This document shows, one piece after another, positions 1 to 11,509 of a stretch of 64,000 nt of DNA. The number at the start of each line of letters is the position of its first letter. The stretch's first letter is position 1. A model generated the notes under the pieces. The model was not told the origin of the DNA. It saw nothing but the letters and a program-made list of their open reading frames with translations, and searched no databases. The translations under genes and the position numbers were made by a program. Source of the DNA: Diplonema japonicum (lineage: Eukaryota; Protista; Euglenozoa: Diplonemea); assembly GCA_964019335.1 (NCBI GenBank), contig OZ025655.1, positions 248,001-312,000 of the forward strand. The letters are read 5' to 3'.

Positions 1-2428
1 TGTTTGTAGTGTTGTGCATACTCTGTAGCGACGCACGGTTCTTAAGCGACTCGGTGAACACCTCAAGGACCACCTTCGGGATGGTTGCGAGCAGCTCATC
101 AGGCAGGCACGGCTTGCCGTACGTGTTAAGAGACTCGTGGAAGTTCTCCATGAGAACAGCAGCAACTTCAACCTCTTGCTCGGTCTGCATGGCCTCCACC
201 ATCTGGGGGATCATGACCCTCATCATCTCGACCACGTGAGATTCAGGGATGTTGCCCTTCTCGACATTTGTCTTCAGGCACTTGATGATCAAGGGGCACA
301 GGTTGGCGGAGGTTTCCCTGATGCCGCTCGAGTACAAGTTCTGCAAGAGCGGGGACACGGCGCTCTGCCAGATGGGCTCCACGTACTTGTACATCTTGTC
401 GTTGAAGGTCTCGAAGTAGCTCTCGAGCATCTCGCACGCCAGCTGTTTCTCCTCCAGTATCGAGGTCTTGATACCGATTTTCTTCTCGCCCGCGCCCTTG
501 ATGGCCAACCTGATGCACTGCGTGTTCTTGTCCACTTCCTCGTCATCCTCCAGCAGCTGGACGTCATCGTTGTTCTTGCACTGCGTGAGGAGCTTCTCCA
601 CCAGCACATCCAAGTAGGGGTAGAAGTGCTCCTGCGTGCAAGTCGCCATCCTCACCCACGACTGCATGAGGTAGGAACCCCTGGTGTCGTCGTCGCTCAG
701 GTTCATCGTAATGTTCATCATGTAGTCCAGGATGGCCTTGCAGTCGCCACTGTTGATGAACTTCTCGGGACCGCAGGCGACAGCCACGAACGATGCGCAC
801 TCGACAGCCTTGCCCTTGATGGTGTTGTTGGCGGTACACTCAGGCAGGTGGAACACCGCCTTCAGAATGGGCATGAAGGTGTCGTAATACGGGGCGAACT
901 TGTCACCGATGTTCTCCGCCAGAGCTGCAATAGAGGAAAGCGCGATCTCCTTCACGAACATGGGCTCCTGGGCGTTTTCGAGCATCGCATACAGTGCCTC
1001 GAGTAGGCCCTTCACCATGCTCTGGTACGTCTCCGGGATGGCATCCTCGCAGAAGTTCACAATGATGGAAGCAGCCACGTGCCTTATCCTCGGGATGGGG
1101 TCTTTCAGGAGACCAGCAACAGCCTGCAGCACCCTTTCGGAGAAGTTGGCCTGGAAGCCGGGCCCAAAATCGGTGCAGAACTGCGCGATAGCCCTGCCCG
1201 AGGTGTATCTGACCTTCGGGTGCACGTCGGTGAAGTGGGATAGGACGAGGTTGGTGAGGTCAAAGAGCTTCGCCTCGAACCTTTCTCTGCAGCCCTCCGC
1301 AATGTGAGAGATACCCTTGATGGCGGCGAACCTGCACCTCCAATCGGCCTTCTTGTCGGCATCAGTGACGAGGCTCAGCAGCAGGTTTCCTGTGTGCTTC
1401 TCCATGTAGGACCCACCAAGAGCAATGGCCAGCCTGTCGAGACCTTCAGCGCCCATGTCGGCGTTTGTGTACTCATCGTCTTGGTCCCCTTCGGTGGTTT
1501 TGGCCCACTCGTCGGGGTCTTCGAAGGACTCAGTGAGTAGCCAAGATACAAGGAGCTTGACGAAGTTAGGGATGAACTGCTGCTTCTTAGCAGCTTTGCT
1601 GTCGGCTTCCGCGAAGGAGATCATGAACTCAACAGCGAACTGTTGGAGCTTCGAGTCAAGGTCGGGTTTGCTGGCAACGGCGGTCATGGCATGCAGGATG
1701 CTGGGGAGGTGGCCGCATTGCACGATGAACTCGACGTCAGTTTCAACGAGTTCGATGAGCGACTCGAGGATCTCGGAGGCGCTGTCCTCGTCCACGAGGG
1801 ATGCTTCGGTGGCTGAGAGGATGAGGGGCACAAGGCTGCGGTAGTTGGTTGTGTCTTCGAGAGAGAGGATGAAAGCGATGGCTGCCTTCACAGCGGCAAC
1901 CTTCACCACGAGGGAGTCCTTGCTAAGGCTCTTCTGGATGACAAGGCCGACACCGTTGGCGTGCTCTTCAAGGGAGGAGGACATGGAAGAGAAGATCGTG
2001 AGCACGCTGACCACATGCATTTCGTCACCCTTATCAGACATGTTGTTAAGGAACGGGAGGAGGGCAGGCCACTTGTTTTCCTCAGTTAGAACGGAACCAA
2101 GCGCAGCAACAGAGCTGTCGATGCTCCTTCGCACCAGTTTCTCAGGCACTTCACTGAGATATTGAAGAAGCTGCTCCTTCAGCTTATCCTGTGTTGCGGG
2201 CTCGAGCCTACCATACAAATCGTTCTGCGTGTCTGTGATGCACTTCTTCAGCAGCAACGCCGCCATATGCTTCTCGCCATTCTGGGTCGTGCTCACCAAA
2301 CCGCACAACCCCGGGATCAACACCTCTGGGTTCTCCTTCGCCTTGTTAAAATTCTCCTCCGCCGCCTTTCTGATATCGTTGTTCGGTGTGAGGAGGTCTC
2401 TAACCAATGATGCGAGCTCCTGTTGCAT
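1..2428 (-). CDS. IPO5: Importin-5 / karyopherin beta-3 (HEAT repeats), runs off the window start
   Basis: Manual minus-strand translation from ATG at 2428 (MQQELASLVRDLLTPNNDIRKAAEENF...). HPKVRYTSGRAIAQFCTDFGPGFQ matches the importin-5 HPRVRY..GQ..TDFAP.FQ block. Absent from the ORF track, consistent with no stop inside the window. Confidence 0.85.
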   Translation of the reverse strand, partial: MQQELASLVRDLLTPNNDIRKAAEENFNKAKENPEVLIPGLCGLVSTTQNGEKHMAALLLKKCITDTQNDLYGRLEPATQDKLKEQLLQYLSEVPEKLVRRSIDSSVAALGSVLTEENKWPALLPFLNNMSDKGDEMHVVSVLTIFSSMSSSLEEHANGVGLVIQKSLSKDSLVVKVAAVKAAIAFILSLEDTTNYRSLVPLILSATEASLVDEDSASEILESLIELVETDVEFIVQCGHLPSILHAMTAVASKPDLDSKLQQFAVEFMISFAEADSKAAKKQQFIPNFVKLLVSWLLTESFEDPDEWAKTTEGDQDDEYTNADMGAEGLDRLAIALGGSYMEKHTGNLLLSLVTDADKKADWRCRFAAIKGISHIAEGCRERFEAKLFDLTNLVLSHFTDVHPKVRYTSGRAIAQFCTDFGPGFQANFSERVLQAVAGLLKDPIPRIRHVAASIIVNFCEDAIPETYQSMVKGLLEALYAMLENAQEPMFVKEIALSSIAALAENIGDKFAPYYDTFMPILKAVFHLPECTANNTIKGKAVECASFVAVACGPEKFINSGDCKAILDYMMNITMNLSDDDTRGSYLMQSWVRMATCTQEHFYPYLDVLVEKLLTQCKNNDDVQLLEDDEEVDKNTQCIRLAIKGAGEKKIGIKTSILEEKQLACEMLESYFETFNDKMYKYVEPIWQSAVSPLLQNLYSSGIRETSANLCPLIIKCLKTNVEKGNIPESHVVEMMRVMIPQMVEAMQTEQEVEVAAVLMENFHESLNTYGKPCLPDELLATIPKVVLEVFTESLKNRASLQSMHNTTN

Positions 2429-2830
2429 TTCTTCTAATTAAAAATTTATCGACAAAGTAACGTAATGATGAGATACAGGAGCGGCTTTGAAACGCTCTTT
2501 TTTTTTTGATGGCCTGTTATGAGCGTGTTGAGGGGAAGAATAAGAAAAAAGGAATATAAGTTAACAATACTCTTTATTTTCTTCGAGTTTGCCTACCGGC
2601 TATGGCTATTGCTGATCCACTCGGAGCTTACATGAAGCAGCGACTTTGTTCCTGTCTACTGTCTTCGCAATTTGCATTGTGGATAAAGCACCGGACTTGC
2701 CCCCAACGGGAAGATTTTACTTCAAACTGAATCTAATAACCTCAGGGATCACCACCACGGCTTCACCACTGTGCCAAAGGGTTAGACAGGCACATCGGGT
2801 GGGCTTTGAGGTGAGTGCATAAACTAGAAA

Positions 2831-3640
2831 CTAGTTCTTTTCGAAGATAAAAATCCATTTCGTATCGAAGCAGGGATTGTCGGTGGTAGGTGCGGGGACC
2901 GGGCTGTCTGTCCAAGAGTTGTAGGCAGCAGTGAGCATGAGGCCATGCTTCTTTGCCATATCAAGAAACTTAGGTGGATTAGTGGATCTTGTGCTCCACG
3001 ACTCTCTCACGGAGGGTGCATCGCCCTGCTGGAGAAGGAACCCATCGTGGAAGAGTACCTCATCAAACTCACGCTCCTCGGAAGTGCTTGAGATGTGGGT
3101 GCGGGTGAAGTCGCCTACTTGAAGTGGCTCAACAAGCTGACCTGCCTTCCCCGACCACGGGACTTCGGAGACAGGAAGGAGATCGATAAAGGCAAGCCCC
3201 CCATGGGCAAGGTGTTGGGCCACATTAGTCATAAACACCTCTCTGTCAGATAAACTAGTTAAGTGTACCACAGACCCTGCCGCCACTATGACTGCGTCGT
3301 AACCCGCAGGTGCGTCGTCCTTCACATCGAAGGCTGTCATTGATGCTTGCACGAACTTTACGGAAGGGTGCTTCTTCCTCCCAGATTTCACCATTGCCTC
3401 TGAGTAGTCCACGCCCACCAACACCGCATCCTCGCCAAGCGCGTTCCTCAGCTCCCCCGCAACCCTCCCTGTGCCCGTGGCGAGGTCAAGTACCTTCTTA
3501 CCGGGAATGTGTCGTTTATAAAACTCCACATCGTCGCCGACCCCATACTCGGCAGGTAGCGAGGCGACCATCATGTCGTAGAAGTCGGGGAACCCGTCAT
3601 AGGTGTAGGAGTCCACCGGTGATGGTGATGGCGTCGTCAT
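2831..3640 (-). CDS. Class I SAM-dependent methyltransferase
   Basis: 269 aa. Motif I VLDLATGTGR, post-I GVDYSEAM, FVQASM, and L.HGG.AFID. Confidence 0.85.
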   Translation of the reverse strand: MTTPSPSPVDSYTYDGFPDFYDMMVASLPAEYGVGDDVEFYKRHIPGKKVLDLATGTGRVAGELRNALGEDAVLVGVDYSEAMVKSGRKKHPSVKFVQASMTAFDVKDDAPAGYDAVIVAAGSVVHLTSLSDREVFMTNVAQHLAHGGLAFIDLLPVSEVPWSGKAGQLVEPLQVGDFTRTHISSTSEEREFDEVLFHDGFLLQQGDAPSVRESWSTRSTNPPKFLDMAKKHGLMLTAAYNSWTDSPVPAPTTDNPCFDTKWIFIFEKN

Positions 3641-3809
3641 GTTGTCGACTTTCTTTTCTCTTTTTTTCTTTCAGTTGCTTGTACGCCAGTCGGTTTATAA
3701 GCAAACAAAGTCATGCTTCTTCTTTTTTTTCTCTTTTTTTCTATTTCCTTTCAGGATCAGGGTGGTTACACAAAAAAAAAAAAGAAATTAAAAAAAAAGG
3801 TTGTTACAA

Positions 3810-4724
3810 TTACATTACTGCAGCTCGGAGCCCTAAGGATGCCGTCGCCTGACGGAGCTGCTGGATGGTGTCTTCTTTGAAGGTGGCTACCTCTTGGATG
3901 AGGGAGTCGCGCTCGCTGGTGACGGCCGAGAGTTCGACCTCCTTGCAAGCCATCGCTTCTCTAAGTTGGGAAACATCCCTGCGGAGGGCGGAAGAATCGG
4001 CTCCTCCTGCGGACTCTAGCTCGGCGACAGCGAGACCTAGCTCATATGAGATTTCGTCACGGTCGCGTTTGGTGTCTTCTAGCTCTCTTAAAACACGTTC
4101 AAGGACAAGCTCCTCACCTTGCTTCACCAGGTCTCGTTCTGTGGATTGGATATTGGTGAGTCGGCTTTGTGCGGTCTTAGCCTCTGTTTTCCACTCCTCG
4201 AGCTCTTTCAAGAGCTTCTGTATCAGTTCGTTTCGCACCTCAGTCTCGGCTTTCTCATCTGCTTCTTTCTGAAGTTTTGCTACGCTACTGCGCAGTGTTC
4301 TTAGCTCTCTTTCCATTTCGTCCATTTTTCTATCAGTTGCTTCTTGTTCCCTCTCGGTCTCTTTTCGGATCTCCAGTAGAATCGTCATCGCCCTCCTCCC
4401 TGCGTCTGAGCCCCCCCGCTCAAGCATTCGTAGTACTGTTGTTATACTTGCTTTGCCCCAACGTTCTTCGTGCACCCCCTTCGATCCATGGTCTAAAAGC
4501 ATTGATTTTAGAGATGTGTTTTCGCCTCTCGCCTCGTCCAGCTGTCCTGTTAAGAGGTCGACCTCTTCCTTGTGTTTCAGCCTTTCCAAAGCCAGCGACT
4601 CTTCCAGCACCTTCTTCTCTTCTTGGACCTCTTTCAAATCGGTTTCCGCATTAGCCAGAACAATCTCTGTGCTTTCAAGAACCCTTCCAAGCTCCGATGA
4701 AAGGTATTGGCCCGCATCGTACAT
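3810..4724 (-). CDS. Coiled-coil hypothetical protein
   Basis: 304-aa ORF from ATG 4724, E/L/K/R-rich heptads throughout, no recognisable domain. Confidence 0.7.
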   Translation of the reverse strand: MYDAGQYLSSELGRVLESTEIVLANAETDLKEVQEEKKVLEESLALERLKHKEEVDLLTGQLDEARGENTSLKSMLLDHGSKGVHEERWGKASITTVLRMLERGGSDAGRRAMTILLEIRKETEREQEATDRKMDEMERELRTLRSSVAKLQKEADEKAETEVRNELIQKLLKELEEWKTEAKTAQSRLTNIQSTERDLVKQGEELVLERVLRELEDTKRDRDEISYELGLAVAELESAGGADSSALRRDVSQLREAMACKEVELSAVTSERDSLIQEVATFKEDTIQQLRQATASLGLRAAVM

Positions 4725-6034
4725 CACCCTCTTCTCCTCTTCTTTCTATTTTTTTTTCCTTTTCTTTTTTCCCCCTGAAAGGTTTCTTGTGGTTGATTAC
4801 GGGGTGGGGGGGAAGAAAAAAAATAGCAATGTGGGAAAGCTGGAAAATACAAAACCAGTGAAGTTGAAATAAGAATAACTAGGAGGGGGTGAGAAGGGGT
4901 GGGGTGGGGATTGTGTTCCCCCCCCCTGTTCCCTCCTCGCTCCTTTCAGCATGGGCTGGGGACTACATACAATCAAGAAGGGAAAAAAAGTAGGAGAGGA
5001 AGTTGTACTTAGATACGGGAGGGGTCGGGGGGAATTTCTTCTTTTTTCTTTTGCAATTTTCATTCTTACGGCCAGATACTAAATCAAGCAAAAAAATAAA
5101 AATAAAGGCGATGTTTGGGCAGAAGAAAATTAGTCTAAACAAACAGGAATCTGGTGTGATGTTTATAACCCCGATATAACACAGTACCAACGTTCCTTTT
5201 TGTTTTGACGAACCTAAAGACTCGTTGTGGGCCGTCGGGGATGTCAGACAAGGGGTCAGTCGATGATTTGGGTAGACGAGAACAAGGGTCTCTTTTCGCA
5301 GCCACGCATCAAATAAAAAAAGGGGGGAGGGAAGAAAAAAAAAACTTTCCCCAACAGCTAAGAACAGCAATTTGTTACACTAGATACGTAAGCCTAAAAG
5401 AAGAAGAAGAAGAAGATGACGGAGCAGAAGGGGGAGGGAGAGGAAAGGGAGGCTCTTTTTTTTTTCGTTGTGAAAAAAAGGATGGGGGAAAGGTGAATAC
5501 CTGCTTAATGAAAAACATGAAAAGATAACTGGGAAGTTTAAGCATGGGTTGATTGGAATGGAAAAAGAGAAATAAAAAAAGAAGGCAAAACGATGGGACA
5601 AAAAAACCTTGGGAGGTGGGGGAAGGGGGGAAGAGGAATGTCCGTAGTCAGGGAGTGGAAACCTGGAGAACCTTATCCAAAACCAAACCATAAACGGATT
5701 AAACTTTTCTTGTTCCCCCATTCTTCTTTTATTGTTTTTTCTTCTCCGACTTACTAAGTTGACAGGCTTTTTTTTTAACTTCTTTTTTTCTTTTTTCCCT
5801 TTTCTTTTTTTTCTATCCAAAAACAAAGCAAACATGAAAGGGGGCAAAGGGGGTCAAACCTAAAGGTCTACAGGGCTAATACAAATAATCTTCTTATTTC
5901 GGTCTCTCTTTTTTTATCTTCTTCCTTCTTTCTTCTTTGAACTACTTCTAACAGGAGAATAAAAAAACAAAAATAAAACTTAAAAAAAAAAAACAAGGAG
6001 AGATAAAGTCTTATAAATCTTTTCTCAATCCCAT

Positions 6035-9000
6035 TCACCCGGACCGGGGGCCGGGGGGTGCCTTTGCCAAACCGGTTGAAGGGGCTCTCTGAGATGACTG
6101 CAAGTTATTTCAAATTGTTTGAAACCTTATAGCATACCGTGAGTGTTTTGGGACTGCCGACCGTCGGGCTGCTAGCTTTCGGCGAGGAGGGAACATACAA
6201 AGGTGACCTTTGCGACCCACCTGGGCCGGCAGCTATCTTAACCGGCGGTGCTACGGGTGCACCCGGTGCAGTGGCCTCCTTTTGGTAATTGAATGAGGTC
6301 GGCTGCCTGTGTGACCCTGGCGCTACGGCTGTAGGCGAGTTAAGCTCCGTCGTGGGCGACGCCACGCTGGACTTGGACCTGGACCTCCTCCTCCTCCTCC
6401 TGCTCCCGTCAGGAGACGACGACCTGCGCGTTCTGCTCCTGCTCCTGCTCCTGCTCTTCCTTGTCGATGTTTCTTGTGCATCGCCGAACCCTTGCGAAAC
6501 TGGTGACAACGGTGCAGCACTTTTCACACTCGGCTGGCGTGCTGGCGACGACTGCGACTGCGACCTGGACCTGGACCTCCTGCGCCGCCTACTCCCGTCA
6601 TCAGGCGAATCCTTCACACTCGACGAGCGCCGCCTTCTCGACCCCTCGCTGACAGGCGAAAGCGGATCCATTGGCATCTTCTGACTCTGCGATGTAAAAC
6701 CAGGATACCCCGGTGCGGGCAGCGAAGCAGGCACCGGTTGCTTCACCGACTGAGACGAAGCTGGCCCCCTAGAAGACGACCTTCTGCTGCGAGACCGTCT
6801 CCTGGACCGTCTTTCATCTGCACTCGAGTCACCACTCGACTTGACGCTTGAGGACCTCCTGCGCCCGCTTTTCGATCTCACACTGTCGGACCTCCTCCTT
6901 CGCGACTTCTTACTGCTATCAGAAGAACCGCTGGACTTAACGCTAGAAGACCTTCTCCGCCTCCTGCTGTCGGAAGGCGGTCCGTTGTCTTCTGATTTCA
7001 CACTTGACGACCTCCTGCGTCTTTTAGAACTGCTGCGTGTGGACTTTGCCGAAACAGACTCGAGCTCATCCTCGGCAACGACCTCAGCGTCGCGCACGGC
7101 ACCCACAGACATGTGGATGTTCGAGTGCTTGTCTTTTGCCTCCTTCACCAACTCCCTTGCGACCCTCCTGTTGTTTTCCGTTCCGCTCAGCCTGGTGTGC
7201 ACCGAGGTGGCGCCGCCGACATTCGTGACGTTCACCAACTCAATGCACAAGTTGTCCACGTTCAAGAACCTCGAAAGTGCTGGCACAAACCTGGAGGGCT
7301 CGAATTGTGCGTACGGGGTGTCCATGAGCATTAGCACCTCGTTGCTCATACCTTCGTCGTCGCCATTGGCGATGGGCTCCCCAACGAAAGAACGCCGGAA
7401 GATGATGTCGCAAGGTGTGGTCACACCAGTCGCAGTGTGGAAGGCTCTGCTGCCCTCCTTCAGCCGTCTAATCCCGAACCTGTCCAACGTCTCAACAGCG
7501 TCCGCGTGCACATGCGATACCTTCATGCCAGACGCCAGCAGCACGATCTCCAGCGCTATCACGTGTTCGTCAACTGTGTCAACCTTTTTAAGTTGCACAA
7601 GGTGGTCAGGGTGCTTGAATGCCTGTGCGATCTCTTTTCTCGCAGTCTCTTTAAACAGCTGTGTCTGGGTTCTCCCGGAGGTTCTCAGCTGCCTGTATGT
7701 TGTGCGCTCTCCCAGGTCCACAACCAGAGTGACTGGGACCACCATCTCCCTGTCCTCGGGGGGCTGGTACTGGTCCCAACCCGCCTTATGCAACTGATCA
7801 CGTGTCTTGCCCTGCAGCGGGTCGTATTTCGCAGTGCTAGGAGCAGCGCTAATAGAGTCATCGAGACAGAGGTCCGAGTTGTCCCGCTGTGTTTTGAGAT
7901 CACGCTCTTTCATGACGTTGGCATGAAGATACTCCAGTTCCATAACTAGCTGCTGGTCTCTGGATGGCCACCTGCGCCTCAAATGCTCGTCGTACTCGTA
8001 CTGTGGCACAACGTCCTGTGACGCATTGAGATTGTCCCCGCCTGCGTTCCAAGAGTATGTTGCAGCGCCAGAATCACCTGTGGTTTGCCCACCGAACTCT
8101 TCATGTGCTGTTACCTTGTAGCCCTGCTCCCTACGCGCGCGTTCCCACGCAGCACGATCCCTCTTCAGCCTGCCGAGTTCCTCTCTCATTTCAATGATCC
8201 TTGTGAGGAGGATCTGTTCACTGTCGCCTGGGTTTCTTGACACAGCTGGCGACGGCACGCTAGTCGCTTCCCTGGCCGGTGCAGGGGGAGCTTTGTTCCA
8301 TGATATCTCAACCTGCCCGTTGTTGTGGTCATTGTAGATACTTGCTTGCCCTTTTGGCGACAGTGGGGTTGCTACAGGGGGATGTCTCAGTGAGGTACCT
8401 GGCGACACAGGAGACAGGGGCGAGGGCGGGATGCCTCTGGGTGAGCTGTTGCTGTCAGCAGGGTTTCGTGGTACACTCTCCGTGTGCGACATGGGACGTT
8501 CCCACTCATCGAACATAGCTGGCCTGTTCATCTCCCTCACCGGCTCGTGTCTCAATTCGGCCCTTGGCTCGGATCTCTCTGGAACCTTTGGCTCGGACCT
8601 CAATGGCATTCTCGGCTCGGACCTAGACGGCATTCTCGGCTCGGACCTAAACGGCATTCTTGGTTCGGACCTTGATGGTTCTCTCGGTTCTGACCTCGGT
8701 TTGTACCCGTCCTTCTCCAGCTGCCTGTCTCTGAGCATCTTTTCAAGTCTCTCGGGAAGCCTCCCTGCAGAAGGTGACCTTTGGACATCATCTGTCTGGA
8801 CAGGGGGGAGGGGTGTGACGTAAGGCTCCTTGGGGTCACGCTGGCTGAGGGTGGGTGTTGCGCGTGCTGTCGTGGCAGGGGTGTCCATGCGCAGGGGCTC
8901 GAATTCGTATTCAGGTTCGGGTTCACGCGACACGGGGAGAGAGGCAATTTCGTGCTGGGACTTAGGAGCTTGTGCAGGCTCTTCTGTCTTCACAGGAGTG

Positions 9001-9377
9001 ACATAGCCAGAACTGGAAGAGGGAGAGGCCGGTTTGTTGGGTTCGAGCTCATTGAGCGTCCCTGCAGACTTCGCCATGACTACTTTCGTGAAGTCAGGGA
9101 GGTAGCATCTTGAGTTGTGAGAAGCCATCATGGGCCACATCTCCCGCATTGACCTTAAATCACCCTCCGATAGTTCACATGGGGAATCAAAGAGACCCAG
9201 GTAGGCAATCCCGTTCACGGCTTGATGATACAGAAGATACTTTCCTGAATCGTCTTCCTTTGGCACCTCCTTCGGCATTGCTTCATCAAAGGACTCTGTG
9301 GGCTCATCCCCGCAGTCTTGTGTGTCGATGAACTTGTAGAAAATTGCTCTTGCCTGCGATTCGGAAATGTCACCCAT
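6035..9377 (-). CDS. ~1100-aa low-complexity protein with Pro-rich and Arg/Ser-rich repeats
   Basis: Exons 9377-6138 and 6097-6035. A 40-nt GTATGC..TTGCAG intron (6137-6098) gives an in-frame last exon ending TGA. SEPRxPxR and RRRRSSSVKS repeats. Confidence 0.75.
8563..8699 (-). repeat. Coding minisatellite, about six 24-nt units encoding SEPR(M/E)P(F/S/L)R
   Basis: Repeated ggctcggacct...ggcattct units on the + strand; matching peptide repeat in the ORF. Confidence 0.85.
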
Positions 9378-9840
9378 TTTCTATTTCCTTTTATTCTCCC
9401 CTTTTTTTTTGTTTCCTTCTTTCTTCCCTCCCCTGGCCTGATATAAAGGTTATTATGCTCGCAGACACGTACGGCAAGAAAAAGATTTTTCATACGACCC
9501 TCCCCTCAATTTAAGGAGAGAGAAAAGACCCCCCCCTCCCCCAAGTAGAGATTAGGTCTCCTTTGCCCCCTTATGTCTGTAAACGATTTCTTACTAGATT
9601 ATGCTTTGCGTTCTCTGAACCCATCCACGTGTCACCCCCCTGCTGCCACTCACTCTCTCCCAAAAGGCAGAATATAAAGTTTTTATTTTTTTGTGTTTTT
9701 TTTTCTTCTTCTTTTTCTTTTTAAAAAAGGGTGAAGGTGAGGGAAAAGAGAAACAAAAAAAAAAGCTTTTTTTTAATTTTATATTCAGAAAAAAAAAAAG
9801 AAAGAAGAAAAAAAAAAAAAACCCACCCCACTCTTCATTA

Positions 9841-11451
9841 CTACACCATGTTTTTCCACCAAACAGCCCTGGATCTTTCTCGATTACAGTTTGCAAGGAT
9901 AGAAGTTGCTTGTTTGCCCCAGCCTGCAGTGTTGGCAGTAGACATAAAGTGTTTATCCATGTAACCAAGCTGCTGGTCGAAAGTCTTCCCAAGAGCAGCG
10001 TTAATTTCCTTGGAAAGATCCTGCACAAGGGCCATGTCAGGGGGCTCATCTTCAGGAATGTCGTTTGCCCATTGCACGTATTCCATCAGGAGGTCCACCT
10101 CCGCCCGGCTGTCCCATCTGTGGTCCAGCCCAGAGGACCGATGCACGTTGTGGTTGTAATGGTGCTGCTGCCGGATGACAGTGTTGAACTGATACATCTG
10201 GTCTTCGTAGAGCTTGTTGTCCCATGTGATGTCCCTTGCATTCTTTGTGACGATGAGGCGAGTCTCTGTGGAGGTCTGGGGAGCCCAAATCTGAAGCTGA
10301 ACATCGCCTTCAAGGTACTCCGTCGTTCTCTCTGGGTGTTCATAGACGACTCCTTTGTGCTCGTACCTCATGTAGGGGAGCCTGAATTTAAGCATCGAGA
10401 CCTCCGGGTTCATGATCTTGCACCATCTGCTCTGGTCGTCCATGTTGCGCTTCACCTCGTCTTCGAACTCCTTACCCCCACCCTCTTGAACACTTCCCGT
10501 TCTGATGTCACTTATGAAGAACAATGGATGTTTTGAACTCTCAAACTCTACAAGTTTGTTCAATGCTGGTGTTGCACACTGCCTGTGGACAGTGTCGGAT
10601 CGCATCTCTGACTGCTCGATGTTTGACACACGGCCTGTCCGCACACGGTCGCGTTCCTTGTCAAGCGTGTCAGCCACACCCGAAGCAACCTCCGTCAGAA
10701 GTGCCAGCCCCTTCGTCTCCATTGTCTGCCGTCGTATCCTCCATGCCGTGGCCTCCGTGAAAAAGTTGTTGATGATCTCCGCACATTCATGGCACTTCGC
10801 GTCGAAGTCAGCTGGGTCCACAAGTATCCATTTCTTCACCACCTTCTCAAACTTCTTTGCAATCCACGGCATATGAATACCAGGTGCTGCACCTGCATAC
10901 AACACTGTCACGCCAGGCGTGTTCTTCGCTCTCAACATAAACTGCAGTTCTGACAGCAACAACTTCCTTTGTCCCCAATGCGTCGCTGTTTTCGTCTTTC
11001 CCTTCCTTGACTGGTACTCGCCTCCGGTGGGCAATTCGTGTAAGAACAGCTTCGGCTTCTCCCACTTCATCAGCGTCGGCTGTATTTCCTCTTCGCTCAC
11101 TTCCTCCGATTTCCCCCTTGCTTTGAACTTCTTCCCCTCTTCTTCAGGCTTCTGGTTCCTCCAGTTGCCGTATATTGAGTCATCTTTCTTTTCCGGTTCC
11201 TGCTCCGTTTCCTTCTTTTCCTTCTCCTTTTCTTTGTCTGTGTTCTGTTTCATCTCGATCACGGGCTTCTTCCCTCGTGCCTGCCACAGCTTCTTCACAG
11301 GTTTCTCTCCTTCCGCCGCAGCCTCCTGCGTTGGTTTCGTCTCTGCCTTCAGTTCTGCTTTATTGACATCTACATGCTTTTCTGTGGGGGGCTTGGGGCT
11401 TGTTGTGCGTGCCACATTCTTGGGTGCATTCGTTCTCCAGTTACCGTCCAT
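9841..11451 (-). CDS. Cap-specific mRNA 2'-O-methyltransferase, VP39/poly(A) polymerase regulatory subunit family (MTr2/MTr3-like)
   Basis: HWGQRKLLLSE, VLYAGAAPG.H, WILVDP, FISDIRT, SMLKFRLP and STETRL give an intact K-D-K-E tetrad. Charged ~125-aa N-terminal extension. Confidence 0.85.
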   Translation of the reverse strand: MDGNWRTNAPKNVARTTSPKPPTEKHVDVNKAELKAETKPTQEAAAEGEKPVKKLWQARGKKPVIEMKQNTDKEKEKEKKETEQEPEKKDDSIYGNWRNQKPEEEGKKFKARGKSEEVSEEEIQPTLMKWEKPKLFLHELPTGGEYQSRKGKTKTATHWGQRKLLLSELQFMLRAKNTPGVTVLYAGAAPGIHMPWIAKKFEKVVKKWILVDPADFDAKCHECAEIINNFFTEATAWRIRRQTMETKGLALLTEVASGVADTLDKERDRVRTGRVSNIEQSEMRSDTVHRQCATPALNKLVEFESSKHPLFFISDIRTGSVQEGGGKEFEDEVKRNMDDQSRWCKIMNPEVSMLKFRLPYMRYEHKGVVYEHPERTTEYLEGDVQLQIWAPQTSTETRLIVTKNARDITWDNKLYEDQMYQFNTVIRQQHHYNHNVHRSSGLDHRWDSRAEVDLLMEYVQWANDIPEDEPPDMALVQDLSKEINAALGKTFDQQLGYMDKHFMSTANTAGWGKQATSILANCNRERSRAVWWKNMV

Positions 11452-11509
11452 CTTTCCTGTGTAGGTGTTGTTGTATTAGAATGATAAGAGAATGCATGAA
11501 CAGTACAGT

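Noticed and set aside
2778-2785. CTAACCCT on the minus strand resembling a telomerase template
   Set aside because: Only 8 nt and confined to a small hairpin loop; expected by chance.
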